Source: Thermoanaerobaculia bacterium
GTDB taxonomy: Bacteria; Acidobacteriota; Thermoanaerobaculia; UBA5066
Direction: 5' to 3'
Length of the DNA stretch: 64,000 bases
NCBI GenBank assembly: GCA_963719225.1
Contig: CAVRAY010000001.1
Span: 2,656,001 to 2,720,000, forward strand
A model generated the notes under the pieces. The model was not told the DNA's origin and made no database searches. It saw only the letters and a program-made list of their open reading frames with translations. Shown piece by piece: positions 11,365 to 20,668 of the stretch. The first letter of the stretch is position 1; every line of letters begins with the position of its first letter. The translations under genes were made by a program, and so were the position numbers.

Positions 11365-12794
11365 GGCCTCTCTCGGCGCGGCGCCTTCCGGCGCTCGACG
11401 AGCTTCAGAGCGACCTCGCCCGGCGCGACGCCGCGCGCCGTCAGGAGAACGGCGAGATGGTAGAGCAGATCGGCCGCCTCGCCGGCGAGCGCTCCCGCGT
11501 CGCCGGTGACCGACGCGAGCGCCGTCTCGACGGCTTCCTCCCCCACTTTCTGGGCGATGCGCGGCACGCCGGCATCGAGGAGCTGATTCGTGTACGACCC
11601 GGCGACCGGCGACTCCTTCCGCGCGCGGACGACCGCGAAGAGAGCCGTGAGGTCGAGCGCGTCCGCGGATCCCGCATCCTTCCCGGCGACCCCCAGCGTC
11701 TCGACAGACGAGAAACACGAATCCGCCCCGGTATGGCAGGCCGGACCCGACGGACGAACGTCGTAGAGCACGGCGTCGTCGTCGCAGTCGAGCGAGATTC
11801 CGACGACGTGCTGCACGTTTCCGGACGTCTCCCCCTTCTTCCAGAGCTCCTTCCGCGATCGGCTGTAGAAGTGCGCCAGGCCGGTCTCCCGCGTCCTGGC
11901 GAGGGCCTCCGCGTTTGCCCAGGCGAGCGTGAGGACGTTGCCCGTCACGACGTCACGCATGATGACGGGGACGAGCCCGCTCGCGTCGTAGCGGGGCAGG
12001 AGAGTGCGCACGTGCGCCGGCGCGGGACGAACCGCGAGCCCGGCCCGGCGCATCGCTTCCTTGACCGCGCCTACCGTGAAGACGCGGTCGTGGAAAAGTG
12101 AGGCCGCGAGCACGGCGTCCGCGCCGCCGATGACGACGGCCTTTGCGAAATCGTCGAGCTGGCCGGCTCCCCCTGAAGCCACGATCGGAACCTCGACGGT
12201 CGCACGCACCGAACGGAGCATCTCGAGGTCGAACCCCGCCTGCGTTCCATCCGCGTCGACGGACGTCAGGAGGATCTCGCCCGCGCCCGCTGCGGCTGCC
12301 GCGGAGGCCCATCCCGTCACGGTCCGGTCGGTCGGACGGCGTCCCCCATGCGTCATCACGCGCATCACCGAGACGCCGCTCGCGTCGCGCAGACGCTTGC
12401 CGTCGATCGCGACGACGACGCATTGCGATCCGAATTGCCCGGCAAGCCTCGTGATGAGAGAGGGGTCTTCGACCGCGGCGGTGTTCACGGTCACCCGGTC
12501 GGCCCCGGCGCGGAGAAGCGCATCCGCGTCCTCGACGGACCGGACCCCTCCACCAACGGTGAACGGGATCGAGAGAGCTTCGGCCACGTGCGAGACGAGC
12601 TCCACGAGCGTGCCGCGCTTCTCGTGAGCGGCGCGGATGTCGAGGAATGCCAGCTCGTCGGCGCCTTCTGCCTCGTAGCGCACCGCGGCCTCGACCGGAT
12701 CGCCCGCGTCGCGGAGGCTTTCGAACGAGATGCCCTTGACGACGCGCCCGCCCGCGACGTCGAGGCAGGGGATGACGCGAACCGCGACCGTCAT
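11361..12794 (-). CDS. hisF-hisIE: HisF-HisI-HisE fusion (IGP synthase cyclase + PR-AMP cyclohydrolase + PR-ATP pyrophosphatase)
   Basis: RVIPCLDV...LLTSVDADG...ASGGAG (HisF); [23 protein letters not shown] (HisI); [14 protein letters not shown] (HisE), all in one frame. Confidence 0.93.
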   Translation of the reverse strand: MTVAVRVIPCLDVAGGRVVKGISFESLRDAGDPVEAAVRYEAEGADELAFLDIRAAHEKRGTLVELVSHVAEALSIPFTVGGGVRSVEDADALLRAGADRVTVNTAAVEDPSLITRLAGQFGSQCVVVAIDGKRLRDASGVSVMRVMTHGGRRPTDRTVTGWASAAAAAGAGEILLTSVDADGTQAGFDLEMLRSVRATVEVPIVASGGAGQLDDFAKAVVIGGADAVLAASLFHDRVFTVGAVKEAMRRAGLAVRPAPAHVRTLLPRYDASGLVPVIMRDVVTGNVLTLAWANAEALARTRETGLAHFYSRSRKELWKKGETSGNVQHVVGISLDCDDDAVLYDVRPSGPACHTGADSCFSSVETLGVAGKDAGSADALDLTALFAVVRARKESPVAGSYTNQLLDAGVPRIAQKVGEEAVETALASVTGDAGALAGEAADLLYHLAVLLTARGVAPGEVALKLVERRKAPRRERP

Positions 12795-13588
12795 GAAGAC
12801 CTCCCCTGGTCGCGGGCCGCCCTCAGCCGCGACACTGTCGTGGCGCCGGAATGAAGCGCGCGGCCGAGGATGGCGCCGCGAGGTCCGCCCGCGAGCGCGT
12901 GGTTCACCAGCTCGAGGTCTTCTTCGCCGCGCATGCCGCCCGACGCGAGGATCTCGCCTCCGAACACGCGGCGCACGGCGGACAGGAGCTCGAGATTCGG
13001 GCCGGTCATGGCCCCGTCCCGCGAAACGTCCGTGACGAGAAGAGCCGAGACGCCGAGATCCGCGAGCGAGCGGGCGGCGGAAACGGCGTCTCCCATTCCG
13101 GCATCCTCGGTCCAGCCACGCACCGTCGGACGCCCGTCCTTGCAGTCGAGAGCGACCACGATGCGGGACGACAAAGACGAAGAGGAAGAGGAAGAGGAAG
13201 AGGAAGATTTTCTTAGAAGGTGCGTGAGGGCTGCGCGGTCGAGCAGCGCAAGGCTGCCGATAACCGCGCGTGCCCCGTTCCCCCTTTCTAAGAAATCTTC
13301 AACAGCTGCGGCCGTACGCAGCCCTCCCCCGACCTGCACAGCGACCCCCGCAGCGTCCGAAACAGAAAGAATTTCTTCGATCTCCTGTTCGTTGCTGCCC
13401 GTCCCGAACGCCGCGTCGAGGTCCACGACGTGGATCCCGTCGGCGCCCTCGGAAGCGAATCGCTCCGCGGCCCGGGCGGGGGGCTCGTCGTAATACGTCA
13501 CCTCTTCGCGCTTGCCTTTCAGCAGCCGGACGACGTGGCCGCCCATGACGTCGATCGCGGGCCAGAGAGCGAGTCGCTCGTCGCTCAC
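12791..13588 (-). CDS. hisA: ProFAR isomerase HisA with poly-Ser insertion
   Basis: [38 protein letters not shown]. Confidence 0.95.
   Translation of the reverse strand: MSDERLALWPAIDVMGGHVVRLLKGKREEVTYYDEPPARAAERFASEGADGIHVVDLDAAFGTGSNEQEIEEILSVSDAAGVAVQVGGGLRTAAAVEDFLERGNGARAVIGSLALLDRAALTHLLRKSSSSSSSSSSSLSSRIVVALDCKDGRPTVRGWTEDAGMGDAVSAARSLADLGVSALLVTDVSRDGAMTGPNLELLSAVRRVFGGEILASGGMRGEEDLELVNHALAGGPRGAILGRALHSGATTVSRLRAARDQGRSS
13179..13207. repeat. (GAAGAG) x about 4.8 tandem repeat encoding the Ser run in HisA
   Basis: gaagag gaagag gaagag gaagag gaaga, directly adjoining a TTCTTAGAAGG motif. Confidence 0.85.
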
Positions 13589-14214
13589 GCCGCGTCCTCT
13601 CTAAGAAAATTCGAAAGGAGGATGCGGCCGCTTTCCGACGACTTCTCCGGGTGGAACTGGCAGCCCCAGACGCTTCCCCGCTGCACGATGGCGGCGAATT
13701 CCCCGCCGTGGTCGCAGGCCGCCGCGACGTCCGCGGCGTCGACGCCCTCGGGCCTGAAGGAATGGACGAAGTAGACCCAGCTTCCGTCCGGCAGTCCCTC
13801 GACGAACCCGTCGGGGCGACGGGTCAGGAGCTGGTTCCAGCCCACGTGGGGCGTGCGGACGCGCGCGCCGAAGGGGCGGACGCGGCCCGGCACGAGCCCG
13901 AGACCCTTGTGCACTCCGTGCTCCTCGCTTTCCTCGAAGAGGAGCTGGAAGCCGAGGCACAGGCCGAGGAGCCGCCCTCCGCGCTTGACGGCGGCACGCA
14001 CGGCGGACTCGAGGCCGGTCTCGAGAAGGCGGCTCATCGCCGGTTCGAAGGCGGCGACGCCGGGAAGCACGAGCCGTCGGGCGGATGCCACGCGGTCGAG
14101 GTCGGCCGTGAAGTCCACCTCCGCGCCGAGGCGACGGAACGCCCGGATCACCGAGGCCGTGTTGCCGACCCCGTAGTCGACGAGCGTGACGGACGAGCCG
14201 GCGGGCGTCGTCAT
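13585..14214 (-). CDS. hisH: IGP synthase glutaminase subunit
   Basis: VDYGVGN, LPGV, GLCLGFQLL, PHVGWN, YFVHS, QFHPEKS. Confidence 0.96.
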   Translation of the reverse strand: MTTPAGSSVTLVDYGVGNTASVIRAFRRLGAEVDFTADLDRVASARRLVLPGVAAFEPAMSRLLETGLESAVRAAVKRGGRLLGLCLGFQLLFEESEEHGVHKGLGLVPGRVRPFGARVRTPHVGWNQLLTRRPDGFVEGLPDGSWVYFVHSFRPEGVDAADVAAACDHGGEFAAIVQRGSVWGCQFHPEKSSESGRILLSNFLREDAA

Positions 14215-14807
14215 GCCGTGAGCGTTCCTTTCGTCGAAGGCACGTCCGTGCCCGTGACCGCCATCGCCTGGCGCAGCGCGCGCGCCGCCGACTTGAAGAC
14301 CGCCTCGGCCGCGTGATGGCCGTTCTTCGCGCGGACGACGTCCACGTGAAGGTTGAACTTGCCGCGAAACGCGGCGGACTTCCAGAATTCCTCGACGAGC
14401 GCGAACGGAAAGTCCTTCGTGACGAGGAGGAGCTCCTTGTCGACCGGCGACTCGAAGACGATGTAGGGCCGGCCCGAAAGGTCGACGACGGAGCGCGCGA
14501 GCGCTTCGTCGAGGGGGACGAGGGCCGTCCCGAATCGTTCGATTCCCGCCCGCGAGCCGAGCGCCTGGTCGAGCGCCTCGCCGAACGCGAGGCCGACGTC
14601 CTCGACGGTGTGATGGGCGTCGATGTACACGTCCCCCGCCGCGCGCACCGTGAGGTCGACGCGCGCGTGCTTCGCGATCGTCTCGAGCATGTGCGACAGG
14701 AAGCCCACCGGCGTCTCCACGTCCGCCCGTCCGTCGCCGTCGAGAGCCAGGGCCAGGGAAATGGACGTCTCCTTCGTCTTCCGCTCGACCGTTCCGGACC
14801 GGCTCAT
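14211..14807 (-). CDS. hisB: Imidazoleglycerol-phosphate dehydratase
   Basis: Start ATG 14807; RKTKET, FLSHML, HHTVEDVG, PLDEAL, NGHH..EA.FK, PSTKG. Confidence 0.96.
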   Translation of the reverse strand: MSRSGTVERKTKETSISLALALDGDGRADVETPVGFLSHMLETIAKHARVDLTVRAAGDVYIDAHHTVEDVGLAFGEALDQALGSRAGIERFGTALVPLDEALARSVVDLSGRPYIVFESPVDKELLLVTKDFPFALVEEFWKSAAFRGKFNLHVDVVRAKNGHHAAEAVFKSAARALRQAMAVTGTDVPSTKGTLTA

Positions 14808-15870
14808 ATCACCTCCAGGAAGGACTCGAGGAAGAGATCGTTCTCGGCCTGTGACCCGATCGAGACCCGCAGCCGTCCGGGCGCAGCCGACGTCATGTCG
14901 CGGACGAGGATGCCCCGGTCGAGGAGGCCGCGGCGCACCCGCGGCGCATCGGCCCCCGGGGGCGTACGAAGAGGAAGTTGGAACGCGAGCTGGCGACGGC
15001 GGAGCCGGCAGCGCGAAGCGTCGCGGCGACCCGTTCACGTTCCGCCGCGATCCTCCTCACGTGCTCCCGCGAAACCTCCGGATGGGAGAGAACGGCGATG
15101 GCCAGCTCCTCGGCCGCGAGGTCCACGCTGAACGGCAGGATGGCCTTCTCGACCTCGCGGACGAGCGCGGGATCCGCGACCGCATATCCGATGCGAAAGC
15201 CCGCCGCCGCGTAGGCCTTCGAAAGGGTGCGGAAGACGACGAGGTTCGCGCGCGGGCCGACGAGGGGGAGCGCATCGTCCGCCGGCTCCGCGAAGTCCAC
15301 GTACGCCTGATCGAGAAGGACGACCCGGGCGGCGTCGAGGAGGCGCTCCAGGAAATCTTTCCCGACGACGCCGCCGGTCGGGTTGTTCGGCGAGCAGACG
15401 AGCGGAACGGCGCCCGGCTCCCGCGAGGCTTCGAGGAACGCGTCCTCGGCCAGCGCGAAGTCGGGTCCGGTGCGCGGCACCTCGGCGACACGCGAAGAGG
15501 CGATCGCGGCGATCTGCCGGTAGAGCGAGAACGTGGGCGTCGGGAGCACGAGGGTCCCTCCGCCGGCAAACACGGACACGGCGGCCAGGATCACCTCTCC
15601 CGAGCCGTTCCCGACGACGATCTCCTCCGGGCGTCGGCCGACCGCGTCCGCGATGGCCCGTTTCAGGCGCGGCGCTCCGAATTCCGGATAGCGGCCCCAC
15701 CTTTTCGCCGCGAGGCGCGCGAGGACCTCGGTGCGGATCTCCTCGGGCACGTCGAACGGCGACTCGTTGAAGTCCAGCTTCGCGCGGAGCGGCGGCGCGT
15801 CCTCGGGGACGAGGCGATAGGCCTCGAGCGCCCGGATCTCCTCGCGGATCGGCACGGTCCGGCGCGTCAT
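14804..15870 (-). CDS. hisC: Histidinol-phosphate aminotransferase, frameshifted near 14953-14962
   Basis: KLDFNESP, GNGS.E, SPNNPTG, DQAY, RTLSKAY, RIGY. The C-terminus GILVRD...LRVSIG...EN is in another frame and ends at a TGA overlapping the hisB ATG. Confidence 0.9.
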
Positions 15871-17273
15871 GGCGCCCTCCGTTCGAGCGCGGCCGCGTGC
15901 GCCGCGAGGCCTTCGAAGCGCGCGAGAGCGGCGGCCGGCCGCGCGAGCCGGCGCGCGGCGTTCGCCGTCGCCTTCACCGATCGGCCCCAGCGCCGGAAAT
16001 CGCGCACGGAGAGGCCCGAGAAGCTGCGCGCCGCGCCCCCGGTCGGGAGCACGTGGTTCGGACCGGCGAGGTAGTCACCGAGCGCGGTCGGTGTCGAAGA
16101 GCCGATGAAGAGGGCGCCTGCGGTCGGAAGAAGCTTGCCGCTGAATCTCTCCGCGGACTTCCCCATCAACTGCACGTGCTCTGCGGCGATCTGCGAGCCG
16201 GCGGAAGCAGCGAGAGATATTTCTTTGAAAATGAAGATCCGGCCGCGCCGGAACAGCGAGGCGCGCGCGGCGGCCGCATTCACCTTCAAGGAAAACGAAT
16301 CGAGGGCTCGCAATTGGGCCGAGACCGCGGCCCGTACTGCGGCGGCGAGCCTGCTTGAATTCGTAAACAGAAGACACATCGCGTCCGGATCGTGCTCGGC
16401 CTGTGCCAGAAGATCCGCCGCCACGAGGTCCGCGTCGGCATCGGCGGAAGCGACGATCAGGACTTCCGACGGACCCGCCGGCATGTCGACCGCCACGAGG
16501 CCCGACACGAGGTGCTTCGCCGCCGCTACGAAGCGGTTGCCGGGGCCCACGATCTTCGCGACACCACAGACGGAGACGAGCCCCGCGACTCCGTGAGCGC
16601 CCCCCGCGAGCAGCACCTCGTCGACACACAGCTCGCGCGCCGCCCACCGGAGCTCGGGACTCGCCTCCCAAGCGTTGGGCGGCGTCGCGACGACCACGCG
16701 CGGCACCCCCGCGACGCGCGCCGGCACGACGCCCATCAGGAGCGAAGACGGATAGAACGCACGGCCTCCCGGGACGTAGACGCCGACGGATTCGAGCGGC
16801 ACGGATTTCTCGACGAACGAGACGCCGAGGGAGTCCTTGAAAGAGAAGCCCGACGAAGACGATGAGAGCTGCTTGCGGTGATACGCCTCGATGCGGCGGC
16901 GGGCGAGGCGGAAGGCAGAAGCGAAAGACTGATCCACACGAGATGGCTTTTCAAGACACGGATCAATACAGATCTTCTTAGAAGGGTAATGGGGCCGCTC
17001 GCTTTGTCGCACCGCCGTCGTCGGTCCGTCACGCCGCTGCCCCTCTCCCCCTTTCATAGAAACCGTTCTCTTCGAACCGTGGGCGCGCGCCGGTTTGAGG
17101 TCGAAGCGCTCCACGTACTCCCGGAGCGCGGGTTCCCCTCTTCGCAGAACGTCCTCCACAACCGGCAGGATCTGCTTCAACGTGGAGAAGTCGGGCGCCG
17201 CGCCCCGCCGGCTCTTCAACAGCGTTTCCAGCTCCCGTCGCCCCTCGCGCGTCGACGCGTCGACGGTCTTCAT
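15867..17273 (-). CDS. hisD: Histidinol dehydrogenase with N-terminal insertion
   Basis: GVYVPGG, YPSS, KIVGPGN.FV, DMPAGPSE, LAQAEHD, GDYLAGPNHVLPT. Confidence 0.95.
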   Translation of the reverse strand: MKTVDASTREGRRELETLLKSRRGAAPDFSTLKQILPVVEDVLRRGEPALREYVERFDLKPARAHGSKRTVSMKGGEGQRRDGPTTAVRQSERPHYPSKKICIDPCLEKPSRVDQSFASAFRLARRRIEAYHRKQLSSSSSGFSFKDSLGVSFVEKSVPLESVGVYVPGGRAFYPSSLLMGVVPARVAGVPRVVVATPPNAWEASPELRWAARELCVDEVLLAGGAHGVAGLVSVCGVAKIVGPGNRFVAAAKHLVSGLVAVDMPAGPSEVLIVASADADADLVAADLLAQAEHDPDAMCLLFTNSSRLAAAVRAAVSAQLRALDSFSLKVNAAAARASLFRRGRIFIFKEISLAASAGSQIAAEHVQLMGKSAERFSGKLLPTAGALFIGSSTPTALGDYLAGPNHVLPTGGAARSFSGLSVRDFRRWGRSVKATANAARRLARPAAALARFEGLAAHAAALERRAP

Positions 17274-18913
17274 CACGACTTCCCGGTCCCCGCGCGCACG
17301 TTCGCGCGCAGGCGTTCGACGAACGCCGCGATCTCGGTCCGCCGCGCCACGAGCGCGCCACGCCCGAGGATGAGCGTCGCGCGGCTCGGAAGAATCGTCT
17401 CGATCTCGGCGAGTCCGTTCGCGGCCATCGTGGATCCCGACTCGATCAGGTCCACGACGACGTCCGTGAGCTTCAACGCGGCGGCGAGCTCCACGGAGCC
17501 CGCGAGAGGAACGATCTCGTGAGCGATCTTCCTCTCGTCGAAATAGCGGGCGGCGAGGCGGCGGTACTTCGTTCCCACGCGCACGGGCTGCCCGTCCGGT
17601 CTGAAAGTCTCCCCGGCCCTCCCGATGAGCGACAGTCGGCACGCTCCGAAGGGCAGCTCGACGGGCGACGTCACGTCCTCTCCGCTCTCGGCGACGCGGT
17701 CACTGCCCACGATGCCCAGATCGGCGCCTCCGTGCGCCACGTAGGTTGGCACGTCGTCGTCCTTGAGCAGAAGGAGCTCGAAAGCGCCGTCCGCCGCGGA
17801 AACGAGAAGACGCCTGCCGTCCGGGTCGTCGAACGCAGCGCCTGCCGCGCGGAGCACCGCGAGCGCCTGCGGCAGGAGCCTTCCCTTGCCCACGGCGATC
17901 CGGAGGGGTCGCGTTCCCCCGTCCGCGTCGGCGCCGTCGATCGCGGCGCCGAGCGCCTCGAGCCCGATGCAGAACCCGAGAGCGGGTGCGGCTGTTCCAA
18001 AGCGAGCGAGGAGGCCGTCGTACCGGCCGCCTCCGGCGATCGTACCCTCTCCGCCCGAGGCGTCCACGCTGAACGTGAGCCCCGTGTAATAGGGAGCCAA
18101 CGGGGTATCCGCCAGGTCCACGACGACCGGCAAGCCGGGCCTTGCGGTTTTCGCCACGGCGACGGCCCGCGCGAGCTCCGCGGCAGCGCCCGCGAGAACC
18201 GGCAGCCGGAAGAGTCCCGAGCCGGAATCGAAGCCGACGAGGAGAGCACGGGCAACTTCCGAGGCGGCCTCTTCGGTCGCGCCCGACCGGAAGAGCAGCG
18301 CTTCGAGCTGCGTCACGTGCCGCGCCCGCGCCGTCGCGGCAGCCTCGGTGAGGCCCGCGCCCCCTCCGCGCGCCAGAGCCGGCGCGACGGCGGCGAGCAA
18401 CCGTTCGAGAAGGCCCGCCCAGCCCAGCGTCAGCCTCAGGCGCTCGGCAGGAACGTCCCCGAGACACGAGAGCGCGAGGGCGAGCATCTCGCCGTCGACT
18501 TCCGGCCGTCCGTCGCCGTAGCGCTCCGCTCCCACCTGCGCGAACTCCCGCCGCCGCCCGACGCCCGTCTCTTCATCGCGCACGACGTCGCCCCTGTAGA
18601 ACAGCGACACGGGATCCGAGATCGCGCCGAGGCGCGGCGCGACGACGCGTGCCGCCATGGGCGTGAAGTCCGCCCGAAGAGAAAGAGTGTTGCCCTGCCG
18701 GTCGAGGAACCGGTAAACACGCTCGTCTCCCTCGGCCGTCACGCCGGCGTAGGGATCCGCGAAATCGAGGACCGGGAGGATGACCTCGCGCAGGCCGGCC
18801 TCCTGGAGCTTCCGAACGACGGAATCCTCCGCCTTGCGGCGCCGCTCGGCCGCGTCGAAGAGGAACGCCTGTACCCCGCGCGGGAGGTTGGGATCGGGAC
18901 GGTCGGACTTCAT
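17273..18913 (-). CDS. hisZ-hisG: HisZ-HisG(short) fusion ATP phosphoribosyltransferase
   Basis: HisRS-like N part (LRADFT, REFAQVGAE, YYTGLTF, AGGGRYD) fused to IAVGKGRL, DVPTYV, GSVELA, VDLIESGST; no HisG C-terminal regulatory domain. Confidence 0.9.
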   Translation of the reverse strand: MKSDRPDPNLPRGVQAFLFDAAERRRKAEDSVVRKLQEAGLREVILPVLDFADPYAGVTAEGDERVYRFLDRQGNTLSLRADFTPMAARVVAPRLGAISDPVSLFYRGDVVRDEETGVGRRREFAQVGAERYGDGRPEVDGEMLALALSCLGDVPAERLRLTLGWAGLLERLLAAVAPALARGGGAGLTEAAATARARHVTQLEALLFRSGATEEAASEVARALLVGFDSGSGLFRLPVLAGAAAELARAVAVAKTARPGLPVVVDLADTPLAPYYTGLTFSVDASGGEGTIAGGGRYDGLLARFGTAAPALGFCIGLEALGAAIDGADADGGTRPLRIAVGKGRLLPQALAVLRAAGAAFDDPDGRRLLVSAADGAFELLLLKDDDVPTYVAHGGADLGIVGSDRVAESGEDVTSPVELPFGACRLSLIGRAGETFRPDGQPVRVGTKYRRLAARYFDERKIAHEIVPLAGSVELAAALKLTDVVVDLIESGSTMAANGLAEIETILPSRATLILGRGALVARRTEIAAFVERLRANVRAGTGKS

Positions 18914-20490
18914 GCGGGAATCTCAGGATGGGGATGAAGCGACTCTTCGAAGAATTGGAAAGCCATCCGCAAGCGGGAAGGCAGGCGCTCGAGAAGCTCT
19001 CTTGGAGTCGTCCGCTTTCCCGTGAAAAGCGTTGCCTGGCCCGCGGCCTGGAGCAGGAGCAGCGTCTGCCCATCCACGACGCGCGCCCCGGCAGCGCGTG
19101 CCGCCTTCGCGAGCTCGGTGCCGCCCTCTCGGTAGGGCGCGTCGATGACGAGCATACCGGGGCGGAGGAGGCCCGGGTCGCACGGGAGGGGATCCCCCGC
19201 GCGGAGACCGAGGGAGGTGGCGTTGACGATGACACTCGCGGCGGGCCATGCCGCTTCGGACTTCTTCGAAAGCGCGCGCACGCCGGTTTCTCTGGCGAGG
19301 TCTTCGCCGCGCTCCTTGGTCCGGTTCGAGAGGAAGACCTCCCATCCCCTTTTTCTAAGAACATCCACCGCGACCCGAGCCGCACCACCAGCCCCGAAGA
19401 CGATTGCGACCCCCGCATTCGCTTTCTCTTTCCTTTTCTCCCTCAAAGGATCTTCAATCACGGCCTCGAAGGCATCGCGATCCGTGTTTGTCCCGCGCAG
19501 TCGGAGCGGCTGGCCCGGGGCGCTCGACCTGAGCAGCGTGTTGACCGCCTTCTCGCCGTCCTCGTCCGTGCCGGCGAGATGCGCGGCCTCCTCCTTGAAC
19601 GGGATGGTCACGGACGCGCCGGCGAGAGGAAGTCCGAGGCTGTCGAACGTCGCGACCAGCGGCTCGAGCTCCTCCGTTAGCGAGCGCATTGCGAACGGTA
19701 CGTAGAGCGAATCCTGACTGAGCGCCTCGAAGCTCGCGTTGTGGAGGGCGGGCGAGAGTGAGTGCGAGACGATGCCTCCCAGGAGTCCGAAGAGCCGGGA
19801 CACCTTTCGCCTCCGGCCGACGCCGTAGATCTCCGCCAGGTCGAGGGCGAGGAGCTGCCCCGGCGCCGTCCCGCGCCCGGGAAGGAGGGCGCCGTACGCG
19901 AGCGAAGCCCCGAGATACGGCGCGAGTGCGCGCGTGCAGATGCCGACCTCTCCCATGCCGAACGTCGAGAGGCGCCCATCCCGATGGGCGGCCTGGAGCT
20001 CGAGGAGACGGCGGGCATCGCCTGAGTCGTTCGCCGTCGCCACGACTTTCACGAAGCGAGCCTGCGTCGCGAGCATCCGGGCAACGAGGGTGCTCATGTC
20101 GGCAGGGATGCCCTCCGGGTCATGAAGAGAGAGAATTTTCTTAGAAGGGGAAATGCGGGCGGCCTCGTCCCCGCCGTCGCGGCGGAACTCCACGTCGCCG
20201 AGTTCAAACCCGGCGTCCAGAGCCTTCGAAATCAGTCTCTGGGCCTCCCCTGCCGGTCCCCGGAACGTGCCGCCTTCTGATGCGGATCGGACGGTCGCAA
20301 CGAGTGTTCTTCCTTCAAAGCACGCGCGAAGCGCGCCGAATTCGGGCTCTTCGGACATGGCGTCGAGGCGCAGCTCCAGCGCGACCGAGGGAGGCAGCTC
20401 GGCGAGAGCGGAACATGCCCCCAGCGCTTCGGCGTTCGAAGCCGGAGCCACCGAGACGACGAGAAGCGTGTTTTCCGCGGTCTGGGCCAA
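18910..20490 (-). CDS. aroDE: Type I dehydroquinase - shikimate dehydrogenase fusion (AroD-AroE)
   Basis: ELRLD, EGG, SLHD, GMG, APGQ then HSLSP, SVTIPFKE, AVNT, NTD, GAGGAAR. Probable TTG start at 20490 with GGAGG upstream. Confidence 0.88.
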   Translation of the reverse strand: MAQTAENTLLVVSVAPASNAEALGACSALAELPPSVALELRLDAMSEEPEFGALRACFEGRTLVATVRSASEGGTFRGPAGEAQRLISKALDAGFELGDVEFRRDGGDEAARISPSKKILSLHDPEGIPADMSTLVARMLATQARFVKVVATANDSGDARRLLELQAAHRDGRLSTFGMGEVGICTRALAPYLGASLAYGALLPGRGTAPGQLLALDLAEIYGVGRRRKVSRLFGLLGGIVSHSLSPALHNASFEALSQDSLYVPFAMRSLTEELEPLVATFDSLGLPLAGASVTIPFKEEAAHLAGTDEDGEKAVNTLLRSSAPGQPLRLRGTNTDRDAFEAVIEDPLREKRKEKANAGVAIVFGAGGAARVAVDVLRKRGWEVFLSNRTKERGEDLARETGVRALSKKSEAAWPAASVIVNATSLGLRAGDPLPCDPGLLRPGMLVIDAPYREGGTELAKAARAAGARVVDGQTLLLLQAAGQATLFTGKRTTPRELLERLPSRLRMAFQFFEESLHPHPEIPA

Positions 20491-20520
20491 AACGAAAACC
20501 CCCTCCGGTCCGGAGGGGGC
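20489..20520 (-). terminator. Attenuator terminator hairpin, also covering the aroDE ribosome-binding site
   Basis: Minus strand GCCCCCTCCG-GAC-CGGAGGGGG followed by TTTTCGTTTT. Confidence 0.85.
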
Positions 20521-20591
20521 TGGGTGAGTGCTACCTGAAAACCCGCGCGCCTCCGGACCACGATGGGCCGGCGGCGCGAAGCGCGGCCGGC

Positions 20592-20633
20592 TCAGCTGTG
20601 ATGCACGTGCCAGTGGCGCACGACGAAGATCAT
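20592..20633 (-). CDS. His/Trp-rich attenuation leader peptide MIFVVRHWHVHHS
   Basis: ATG ATC TTC GTC GTG CGC CAC TGG CAC GTG CAT CAC AGC TGA, upstream of the terminator/antiterminator and the aro-his-trp operon. Confidence 0.85.
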   Translation of the reverse strand: MIFVVRHWHVHHS

Positions 20634-20668
20634 GACGGGTTGAGTAGACCCGAAACCCCGAGCCCCTG

